This document shows positions 1 to 7,812 of a DNA stretch of 41,292 nucleotides, piece after piece. Source of the stretch: an uncultured bacterium (lineage in GTDB: Bacteria; DYJV01); NCBI GenBank assembly GCA_964543655.1, contig CAZIZE010000064.1:1-41292 (forward strand), written 5' to 3'. Each line of letters starts with the position of its first letter. Position 1 is the stretch's first letter. The notes under the pieces were generated by a model that worked only from the letters and a program-made list of their open reading frames with translations, did no database searches and was not told the origin of the DNA. The position numbers were made by a program, and so were the translations under genes.

Positions 1-459
1 TTAACTTTAGATAATAGAACTTTTACTTGCTCATTCTCATATTTAATAAAACAAAACCCTTCTTTTAGTATTGGGAGTGTTACTTTTTCAGTAACTGGCA
101 GAGATCCATCATCCACATCCTTTCAGTTGCTTGTTAATTATGCAGATGGGACATCTCAAAATTTAACACCTTTTATACATGAAATAGATTTATTTGAAAA
201 AGTTATAGATTCACTTGGGTTAAGTTATTCAATCGATAGAAGTACTGGTATTACAACTATTAGCTCCCAATCTGGTGGTGAAATTAAAGTGTTACCAGAT
301 TTTAACTTCATTCCTCTTACAGCTGAACAAAAAAACTGGTTTAATAATAATCAAATAATAGATGGAGTAGCTTTAGAAGTAGAAGATAAAAATAATGATG
401 GGAAAGATGATATAATTTTTTACACTATTAATGGTACACAAGTATTATATTCTCTATAG
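1..459 (+). CDS. C-terminal part of a probably secreted/surface protein (5'-truncated by the window edge)
   Basis: Frame 1 is open from base 1 (LTLDNRTFTCSFSY...) to TAG at 459, so the listed start at 127 is internal. The sequence is Ser/Thr/Asn-rich, with a DxNxDGxxD Ca-binding-like motif (DKNNDGKDD) near the end. Confidence 0.6.
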   Translation, partial: LTLDNRTFTCSFSYLIKQNPSFSIGSVTFSVTGRDPSSTSFQLLVNYADGTSQNLTPFIHEIDLFEKVIDSLGLSYSIDRSTGITTISSQSGGEIKVLPDFNFIPLTAEQKNWFNNNQIIDGVALEVEDKNNDGKDDIIFYTINGTQVLYSL

Positions 460-471
460 TAAAATCTGTAT

Positions 472-1404
472 ATGAAAATATTGCTACTATTTTCAGGTGG
501 GCTTGACAGCATATTATGTTACAAAATTTTAGAGCAAAAAAATTACACTGTAAAAGCAGTACAATTTTATACTCCATTTTTGCACATACAGGATATAGAA
601 AAGTATAAAGAATTTTATAAAAAAAAGTATAATATACTTATCCATGTTATAGACATCTGGAATGATTACAAAAAAATATTAATCAATCCACAATTCGGTT
701 TTGGTAAGAATTTAAATCCCTGCCTTGATTGTAAACTCCTCTTTTATAAAAAGGCTGAGGAAATTTTTGTTAAAAATGGGTTTGATTTAATTGCAACAGG
801 AGAAGTAATAGGACAACGACCATTTTCACAAAAAACTGACACAATTAACCTACTTGAAAAATACTCCAATTTAAAAGGGAAAATTTTAAGACCTCTATCT
901 TATTTTCACTCAGCTAAAATTGAAGGTGAAGTTTTTTATAATTTTAAAGGTAGAGGAAGAAAAAATCAGATTGAACTTGCAAAAGAGTTTAACATTGAAC
1001 CAATTCCCACACCTGCTGGTGGATGTTTGCTTACTGAGCCCACATATTGTGAAAAATTGATAAAACTATACTCTTTTTTGGAAAATAGTATTGAAAAATT
1101 TGAAGAAATCTATTTTGAATTAATAAAATTTGGGAGAGTTTTTAATATAGACAACTGTTTTCTAATAATAGGTAGAAATAAGATAGATAGTGAAAATTTT
1201 CAAAAGCTTTTTAAAAAAAGCAACAATTTCTACCTTATTATAACATCCAACTACCCGGGCCCAGTGTCAGCATTAATATTAAAAAATAATTCTAAAATTA
1301 CCAAAAATATATTTGAAAAAATAAAAGAATTTGTTAAAAAAGATTATAGAGAAAATATAGAATTTAAAATTTTAAAGGAATCTGATGAATTACTTTCCTG
1401 TTAA
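472..1404 (+). CDS. PP-loop tRNA sulfurtransferase-like protein (ThiI/MnmA-related, no THUMP domain; C-terminal NFACT-RNA-binding/DUF814-like region)
   Basis: SGGLDS PP-loop, NPCLDCK, TGEVIGQRPFSQ, PAGGCLLT, C-terminal IGRN...PGP. Confidence 0.75.
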   Translation: MKILLLFSGGLDSILCYKILEQKNYTVKAVQFYTPFLHIQDIEKYKEFYKKKYNILIHVIDIWNDYKKILINPQFGFGKNLNPCLDCKLLFYKKAEEIFVKNGFDLIATGEVIGQRPFSQKTDTINLLEKYSNLKGKILRPLSYFHSAKIEGEVFYNFKGRGRKNQIELAKEFNIEPIPTPAGGCLLTEPTYCEKLIKLYSFLENSIEKFEEIYFELIKFGRVFNIDNCFLIIGRNKIDSENFQKLFKKSNNFYLIITSNYPGPVSALILKNNSKITKNIFEKIKEFVKKDYRENIEFKILKESDELLSC

Positions 1405-2023
1405 TCTAAATTTAAAAGAAAAACATTGCTTTATTATTGGAGGAGGTAAGGTTGCCGAGAGAAAAGTCTTAAATCTTATTGAATACACTGATAAAATTAC
1501 AGTTATCAGTGATAAATTTAGTGAAAAATTATTAAATTTACAAAATAAAATAACTCTTATCCATGATAAATATAATAAGAAATATTTAAAAAAACATTCC
1601 CTGATTTTTATTTGTACAAATAGTAAAAAGTTAAATGAAAAAGTTTATTATGATGCCAAAGAATTAAACTGCCTTGTCAATGTGGTAACACATCCGCAAT
1701 TATGTGATTTTACTATACCTTCTGTTATTAGAAGAGGAGATTTGAAAATTGCAATTTCCACAAATGGTAAAAGCCCTGCTATTGCAAAAATTGTAAAAAC
1801 GAAAATTGATAAATGTATTGAAAAGGAGTATGAAGAGCTTATCAATATAATGGGTAAAATTAGAGAAAAGCAATTGACTATAAATGAAACGTCTGATATT
1901 AATAGAGAGCTTTTTTACAAATTTATTGATACTAATGTTTTAAATGATATAAAAAATAGAAACAGAGATGCAATTAATGCCAAAATAGAAAAAATTTTTG
2001 GTTTTTCTTTAGATGGGTTTTAA
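1385..2023 (+). CDS. sirC: Precorrin-2 dehydrogenase / sirohydrochlorin ferrochelatase (siroheme synthase N-terminal domain)
   Basis: YFPVNLNL...IIGGGKVAERK Rossmann motif, CDFTIPS, ISTNGKSPA; located in a heme operon. Confidence 0.9.
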   Translation: MNYFPVNLNLKEKHCFIIGGGKVAERKVLNLIEYTDKITVISDKFSEKLLNLQNKITLIHDKYNKKYLKKHSLIFICTNSKKLNEKVYYDAKELNCLVNVVTHPQLCDFTIPSVIRRGDLKIAISTNGKSPAIAKIVKTKIDKCIEKEYEELINIMGKIREKQLTINETSDINRELFYKFIDTNVLNDIKNRNRDAINAKIEKIFGFSLDGF

Positions 2024-2024
2024 A

Positions 2025-2852
2025 ATGAATATTCCTATGATTTTATTTTACTTGGCAACGATATTTTATATTATTTCAACTATTGAAATTATTATCTATT
2101 TTTGTAAATTTAATGAAAAAAATCTTAACATTTCAAGGAAATTTTTTATAATTGCTTTTGGTATTCATTGTATCAGCTTTTTTGGTAGATGGTTAAAATG
2201 TGGATATTTCCCTGTTACAACTTTATTTGAATCACTTTCATTTTTTGCTCTTATAATTGCTTTATTCCAAATAATAATTGATTACAGATACAAAGTAAAA
2301 GGAATTTCTATTTTTTCCACTATTATTATATCTATCCTTATGTTTATCTCATGCTTGTTACCTGACAATGTTGTTTCCTTACCTCCTGTGCTAAACAGCT
2401 TTTGGCTTCCAATACATGTATTTTTTGCATTTCTTGGGAATGGTATTTTTGCAATCTCTTTTGCTGTAAGTATCCTTTATTTAATTCAATTTAAAAAATT
2501 AAAAGAGAAAAAGCTTTCAGAGAGTTTTTTTAAACTCCCCTCTCTTGAAGCTCTTGACTCTTTAAATTATAAATGCCTCACCATAGGCTTCCCCTTGCTT
2601 ACACTTGGAATAATTACAGGCTCTCTATGGGCTTCCTCTGCATGGGGCTCATATTGGAGCTGGGACCCCAAGGAAACATGGTCACTGATTACATGGTTTT
2701 TATATGCAGCACTTCTTCACGGCAGGTTAAACACTGGGTGGAGAGGCAAAAGAGGAGCGATATTTTCAATTATAGGTTTTGCAGTTGTTGTATTTACATT
2801 TTTAGGAGTAAATCTTTTACTTCCAGGCTTACATTCTTATGCTGTCAGGTAA
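2025..2852 (+). CDS. ccsA: Cytochrome c biogenesis protein CcsA/ResC family (System II, WWD domain)
   Basis: WGSYWSWDPKETWSL WWD motif, WLPIHV, terminal GLHSY, about 8 TM segments. Alternative ATG at 2013. Confidence 0.9.
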   Translation: MNIPMILFYLATIFYIISTIEIIIYFCKFNEKNLNISRKFFIIAFGIHCISFFGRWLKCGYFPVTTLFESLSFFALIIALFQIIIDYRYKVKGISIFSTIIISILMFISCLLPDNVVSLPPVLNSFWLPIHVFFAFLGNGIFAISFAVSILYLIQFKKLKEKKLSESFFKLPSLEALDSLNYKCLTIGFPLLTLGIITGSLWASSAWGSYWSWDPKETWSLITWFLYAALLHGRLNTGWRGKRGAIFSIIGFAVVVFTFLGVNLLLPGLHSYAVR

Positions 2853-2921
2853 AAAATTTTTAAATTTAAATAAGAGATTTATATTCATGTTATTATCTGT
2901 TAATAGGAGCTTTTAAAGATT

Positions 2922-4178
2922 ATGAACTTAATTGTTGTTGGACTTAATCATAAAATAGCACCTGTTGAAATAAGAGAAAAAATAGCTTTTCAGGAGAATG
3001 TTTTAAAAAAGGCTCTTAAATCATTACACTCAAAAGAGCATGTTGATGAATGTATAATTTTGTCTACATGCAATAGAGTTGAAATTTATGCTGTTACTAA
3101 TGCTAAGGAAGAACAAGTAAAAAATGATATATTAAGCTTTATAGCTGAATTCCATAATATAGATATTAAAAATTTTTTAGACTATCTTTACTTTTATTTT
3201 AACAGAGATGCGGTCAGGCACATTTTCAGAGTTGGAGCAAGCCTTGACTCAATGGTTCTTGGAGAGCCTCAAATTCTTGGACAATTAAAAGATGCCTACA
3301 GAATTGCTACAGATGTTAGAACCACCAAAAATATTCTCAACAAATTATTACACAAAGCTTTTTTTGTTGCTAAAAAAGTTAGAACAGAAACAGAGATTTC
3401 AAGTAGTGCTGTATCAATAAGCTTTGCAGCAGTTGAGCTTGCTAAAAAAATTTTTGATACATTAAATAATAAAAAAATTATGCTAATAGGTGCTGGTGAA
3501 ATGTGCGAACTTGCAGCAAGGCATCTTCTTGCTAATGGTGCCAATGAAATCTTTGTTGCAAATAGGACTTTTGAAAGAGCTGAATCACTTGCAAGAGAAT
3601 TTAATGGCAATGCAATTGCATTTGAAAATATAAACTTATTTCTTGAAAAAATAGACATAGTTATTAGTTCCACAGGAGCACCACACTATATATTACATTA
3701 TGATGATGTTAAACAAGTTATAAAAATTAGAAAATATAAACCTATATTTATGATTGATATTGCTGTACCAAGAGATATCGACCCTAAAATCAATGATATT
3801 GATGGTATTTACCTTTATGATATAGATGATTTACGCACTGTGGTTGAAAGGAACAGAGAAGAAAGGCAAAATGAAGCAGAAAAAGCAGAAATTATTGTAT
3901 CCCAGGAAGTTGATGTATTTATGGAGTGGATTGGCTCACTTGATGTTGTACCTGTAATTGTTCAACTTAGAGAACACTTTGAAGCAATTAGAAAAAAAGA
4001 AACAGATAAAATTATATCAAAGTTAAATGGTGTTAATGATAAAGAAAAAGAGATGATAGAATATCTCACCCATTCAATAGTAAACAAAATTTTACATAAA
4101 CCTATGGTTAATTTAAAGAAAAATCCAGATAATAGCTATTTTGGAGATGCTGTAAAAAAGCTATTTGAGCTAAAATAA
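2922..4178 (+). CDS. hemA: Glutamyl-tRNA reductase
   Basis: GLNHK, LSTCNRVE (catalytic Cys), SLDSMVLGEPQILGQ, IGAGEM, DIAVPRDID; AGGAG RBS upstream. Confidence 0.98.
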   Translation: MNLIVVGLNHKIAPVEIREKIAFQENVLKKALKSLHSKEHVDECIILSTCNRVEIYAVTNAKEEQVKNDILSFIAEFHNIDIKNFLDYLYFYFNRDAVRHIFRVGASLDSMVLGEPQILGQLKDAYRIATDVRTTKNILNKLLHKAFFVAKKVRTETEISSSAVSISFAAVELAKKIFDTLNNKKIMLIGAGEMCELAARHLLANGANEIFVANRTFERAESLAREFNGNAIAFENINLFLEKIDIVISSTGAPHYILHYDDVKQVIKIRKYKPIFMIDIAVPRDIDPKINDIDGIYLYDIDDLRTVVERNREERQNEAEKAEIIVSQEVDVFMEWIGSLDVVPVIVQLREHFEAIRKKETDKIISKLNGVNDKEKEMIEYLTHSIVNKILHKPMVNLKKNPDNSYFGDAVKKLFELK

Positions 4179-4195
4179 ATTTCAGGAGAAGCATT

Positions 4196-5125
4196 TTGAA
4201 AACAGTAAAAATAGGTACTCGTGGAAGTAAGTTGGCACTATGGCAGGCAAATTTTATTAAAGCCGAAATTGAAAAAAAGCATAATCATATAAATGTGGAA
4301 CTAAAAATAATTAAAACAAAAGGTGATAAAATACTTGATGTTCCTCTTGCAATGGTGGGAGGGAAAGGGCTTTTTGTAAAAGAGATAGAAGATGCTCTTT
4401 TAAAAAAGGATGTTGACCTTGCTGTTCATAGTATGAAAGATGTGCCAACATTTTTTCCAGATGGTCTTTATCTTCCTGTAATTACCAAAAGAGAGGATTA
4501 CAGAGATGCTCTTGTTTCAAGAGGAGGTTTGAAATTAAATGAGTTACCTTCTAAAAGCATTATTGGCACAAGTAGTTTAAGAAGAAAATCTCAGCTTATT
4601 AATTTAAAAAGCAACTTAAAAATAAAAGATTTAAGAGGAAATGTGGATACAAGATTAAAAAAACTTGACAGAGGTGAATTTGATGCTATTATCCTTGCAG
4701 CAGCAGGTTTAAAAAGAATGGGATTTGAAAACAGAATAACTCAATACCTTGATATTTCTTATATGATTCCTGCAATTGGTCAAGGTGCACTTGGCATTGA
4801 AATTAGAAGAAATGATGAAGAAATCCTAAAATTAGTATCTTTTCTAAAAGATAATAATACATTTTTTGAAGTTGAAGCTGAAAGAGCTTTTTTAAAAACT
4901 CTTGAAGGTGGTTGTCAGGTGCCAATAGGGTGTTACGGAAAAATAGAAAACAATACCTTAAATTTAAAAGGGTTTGTAGCAAGTGTTGATGGTAAAAAAT
5001 TTATTAAATCTGAAATAAGTGGAGATGTGTCAGAATACAAAGAATTAGGTGTAAAACTTGCTGAAAATATTCTAAATGCAGGTGGCAAAGAGATACTTGA
5101 TGAAGTATATAATTGCTCAATTTAA
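4196..5125 (+). CDS. hemC: Hydroxymethylbilane synthase (porphobilinogen deaminase)
   Basis: GTRGSKLALWQA, GKGLFVKE, VHSMKDVP, GTSSLRR, RGNVDTRL, LEGGCQVP; TTG start after AGGAG. Confidence 0.98.
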   Translation: MKTVKIGTRGSKLALWQANFIKAEIEKKHNHINVELKIIKTKGDKILDVPLAMVGGKGLFVKEIEDALLKKDVDLAVHSMKDVPTFFPDGLYLPVITKREDYRDALVSRGGLKLNELPSKSIIGTSSLRRKSQLINLKSNLKIKDLRGNVDTRLKKLDRGEFDAIILAAAGLKRMGFENRITQYLDISYMIPAIGQGALGIEIRRNDEEILKLVSFLKDNNTFFEVEAERAFLKTLEGGCQVPIGCYGKIENNTLNLKGFVASVDGKKFIKSEISGDVSEYKELGVKLAENILNAGGKEILDEVYNCSI

Positions 5126-5144
5126 ACTTAACAAAGGAGAGTAA

Positions 5145-6659
5145 ATGAACAGAGGTAAAGTTTATCTTGTAGGTGCAGGCCCAGGAGCTGAAGATTTAAT
5201 TACATTAAAAGCTGTGCAGTGTATTAAAGAAGCTGATGTTATTATATACGATTTTCTTGCTAATAAAAAATTTTTAAATTTTTGTAAAGATAGTGCAGAA
5301 AAAATTTATGTTGGTAAAAAAGGTAGTTGTCACACTTTAAAACAGCCTGAAATTAATAAACTTCTATTAGAAAAAGCTCTTCAGGGACACATTGTTACCA
5401 GACTAAAAGGTGGTGACCCATACATTTTTGGGAGAGGTGGAGAAGAAGCAGAGGAACTGGTAAAAGCAGGTATAGAGTTTGAGATTGTGCCAGGAATAAC
5501 AGCTGCTGCTGGAGCAACTGCTTATGCAGGAATTCCATTAACTCATAGAGACTTTACTTCAACAGTTGCTTTTATAACAGGACATGAAAGAGATGATTCT
5601 GAATATTCCAAAATTCACTGGGATAAAATATCAACAGGTGTTGGCACAATAGTTTTTTATATGGGTGTTAAAAATTTACCCAATATTGTGGAAAATCTTA
5701 TTAATAATGGAAGAAGCCCTGACACTCCCATTGCTCTTATAAGATGGGGCACTTTGCCAATTCAACAAACAGTTGTTGGAACCCTTAGAAATATCGTTCA
5801 AAAGGTAAATGAAGCAAAGCTTACTGCTCCAGCAATTATAGTAGTTGGAGAAGTAGTAAATTTGAGAAATATGTTGAGATGGTTTGATAAAAAACCACTT
5901 TTTGGGAAAAATATTATTATTACTCGTGCAAGGGAGCAGGCAAGCTCTCTATCAGAAAAGCTAACATTGCTTGGTGCTAATGTTATTGAGTTTCCCACAA
6001 TTGAAATAGTTGAGCCAGATGATTTTACAGAAATAGACAATGCAATTAAAAATTTAAGAACATATAATTGGCTAATTTTTACAAGTGTCAATGGGGTAAA
6101 GTTATTTTTCAAAAGACTATATTATCATAAAAAAGATGTTAGAGAATTATACAATATCAAAATATGTGCAATTGGCCCAAAAACAGCTAAAACTTTTAAA
6201 GAGTTTGGAATTTACCCTGATGTTATACCAGAAAAATATCAAGCAGAGTATGTAATTGAATCTTTAGAAAAAGAGGGAATTAAGGGGAAAAAATTTTTGC
6301 TCCCTCGAGCAAAAGTTGCACGGGAGATATTACCTGAAAAAATAAAAGAAAAAGGTGGAATAATTGATATAATTACTGTTTATAAAACAGTTATGCCTGA
6401 TATTAACAGAGAAGAAGCTCTTCACTACTTACAGAATAATAAATTAGATTACATTACTTTTACAAGCTCATCAACTGTTAAAAATTTTATGGAAATGTTC
6501 AATGATATCAATATAAAAGACTTATTAAAAAATGTTAAAATTGCAAGCATTGGTCCCATTACATCTCAGACAATTGCTGAATATGGTTTAACTCCAGATA
6601 TAGAAGCTGAAAAATTTACAATAGAGGGGCTTATTGAAAAAATTTTGTCACATATATAA
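5145..6659 (+). CDS. cobA: Uroporphyrinogen-III C-methyltransferase / uroporphyrinogen-III synthase fusion (CobA-HemD)
   Basis: VGAGPG, RLKGGDPYIFGRGGEE, GIPLTHR in the N-half; TRAREQA, FTSVNGV, AIGPKT, FTSSSTV, SIGPIT in the C-half; AAGGAG RBS. Confidence 0.96.
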   Translation: MNRGKVYLVGAGPGAEDLITLKAVQCIKEADVIIYDFLANKKFLNFCKDSAEKIYVGKKGSCHTLKQPEINKLLLEKALQGHIVTRLKGGDPYIFGRGGEEAEELVKAGIEFEIVPGITAAAGATAYAGIPLTHRDFTSTVAFITGHERDDSEYSKIHWDKISTGVGTIVFYMGVKNLPNIVENLINNGRSPDTPIALIRWGTLPIQQTVVGTLRNIVQKVNEAKLTAPAIIVVGEVVNLRNMLRWFDKKPLFGKNIIITRAREQASSLSEKLTLLGANVIEFPTIEIVEPDDFTEIDNAIKNLRTYNWLIFTSVNGVKLFFKRLYYHKKDVRELYNIKICAIGPKTAKTFKEFGIYPDVIPEKYQAEYVIESLEKEGIKGKKFLLPRAKVAREILPEKIKEKGGIIDIITVYKTVMPDINREEALHYLQNNKLDYITFTSSSTVKNFMEMFNDINIKDLLKNVKIASIGPITSQTIAEYGLTPDIEAEKFTIEGLIEKILSHI

Positions 6660-6680
6660 TTTTTTATCAGGAGGTGCAAA

Positions 6681-6863
6681 ATGGAAGAAAAGGAAAAATT
6701 GGTTCTTGATGCTTTTAAAAAGTTAGGAAAACCTGCAAGGCCAGGTGAAATAGCAGAAGAAACAGGCATTGACAAAAAAGAGCTTTCCAAAATTATTAAA
6801 AAGCTAAAACAGGAAGGTAAAATTATAGTTCCCAAACGTTGTTACTATTCTCTTCCAGAATAA
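6681..6863 (+). CDS. Small winged helix-turn-helix protein (60 aa)
   Basis: Strong RBS AGGAGGT; HTH pattern PGEIAEETGIDKKELSKIIKKLKQEGKI with a PKRCYY wing; followed directly by a terminator. Confidence 0.8.
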   Translation: MEEKEKLVLDAFKKLGKPARPGEIAEETGIDKKELSKIIKKLKQEGKIIVPKRCYYSLPE

Positions 6864-6889
6864 GTCACCCTGTTTTCAGGGTGATTTTT
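6864..6889 (+). terminator. Rho-independent terminator closing the heme operon
   Basis: Stem TCACCCTG (6865-6872), loop TTTT, stem CAGGGTGA (6877-6884), then TTTTT. Confidence 0.85.
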
Positions 6890-6912
6890 AATTTATAGTA
6901 ATAGGTTTTTAA

Positions 6913-7098
6913 ATGGCTGATAATTTATTGAAAATCAATGATATTACAGCACTTGAAGAAAAGCTAAAAGAAAAAATTGAAAATGTTTCTGAAAGTAGGC
7001 TATTTATTGCAGAAGAAAAATTAAAAGAGCATTTAACAGAAAATGAAATTTTAGAGTTACTTGCAAAAGGTATAATAGAAGATGAAACTTTGTTATAA
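6913..7098 (+). CDS. Hypothetical small acidic helical protein (61 aa)
   Basis: ATG with weak AGGT RBS; fills the gap between the terminator and the LOG gene; codon style matches neighbours. Confidence 0.55.
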   Translation: MADNLLKINDITALEEKLKEKIENVSESRLFIAEEKLKEHLTENEILELLAKGIIEDETLL

Positions 7099-7110
7099 AA
7101 AGGATTAATC

Positions 7111-7806
7111 ATGTCAAAGAAGATAAAATTTATAAATCAGGAACAATATTTAATTGATAATATTAAAATTAATGACACGTGGAGAATTTTCAGAATAATG
7201 TCAGAGCTTGTAGAAGGATTCGATGATCTTTCTAAACTTGATAAAGCAGTGACGATTTTTGGCTCAGCACGTGTAAAAGAAAGTGATGTATATTATCAGA
7301 AAGCAAGGTTCTTAGGTAAACTATTTGCAGAAAATGATATACCTGTTATTACTGGTGGTGGCCCAGGAATTATGGAAGCTGCAAATAGAGGAGCTTTTGA
7401 AAATAGTGGTGTTTCTGTAGGATTAAATATTGAGCTTCCTATGGAGCAAAAACCTAATCCATATACCAATCTTACAATAAATTTCAGGTATTTTTTTGTA
7501 AGAAAATTAATGTTGCTTAAATATGGTTGGTCATATATTATTTTCCCGGGAGGTTTTGGAACATTAGATGAATTCTCAGAAGCAATTACATTAATACAGA
7601 CACATAAAATAAAACCTTTTCCTATAATTCTTGTTGGCAGTGAATATTGGAGTGGTTTGTTAAAATGGATGAAGGATACTATTCTATTTAATAATTTTAT
7701 TAACAAAGAAGATTTAGATATTTTTTCAATTGTTGATGATCCATATGAAATATTTGAAAAAGTTAAAGATTGCATAAAAAATAATAATTGTTTTAAAGAG
7801 GAGTAA
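7111..7806 (+). CDS. LOG family nucleotide phosphoribohydrolase (TIGR00730, type II-like)
   Basis: FGSAR, TGGGPGIMEAANRGA, GLNIELP, YFFVRK, PGGFGTLDE. Confidence 0.93.
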   Translation: MSKKIKFINQEQYLIDNIKINDTWRIFRIMSELVEGFDDLSKLDKAVTIFGSARVKESDVYYQKARFLGKLFAENDIPVITGGGPGIMEAANRGAFENSGVSVGLNIELPMEQKPNPYTNLTINFRYFFVRKLMLLKYGWSYIIFPGGFGTLDEFSEAITLIQTHKIKPFPIILVGSEYWSGLLKWMKDTILFNNFINKEDLDIFSIVDDPYEIFEKVKDCIKNNNCFKEE

Positions 7807-7812
7807 TGTTTT

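Noticed and set aside
7296..7775. 159-aa antisense ORF and similar shadow ORFs (for example 3296-3673, 5798-6112, 17586-17885, 29800-30096, 39452-39775)
   Set aside because: They lie opposite well-conserved genes, have no RBS or motifs, and are expected from codon bias.
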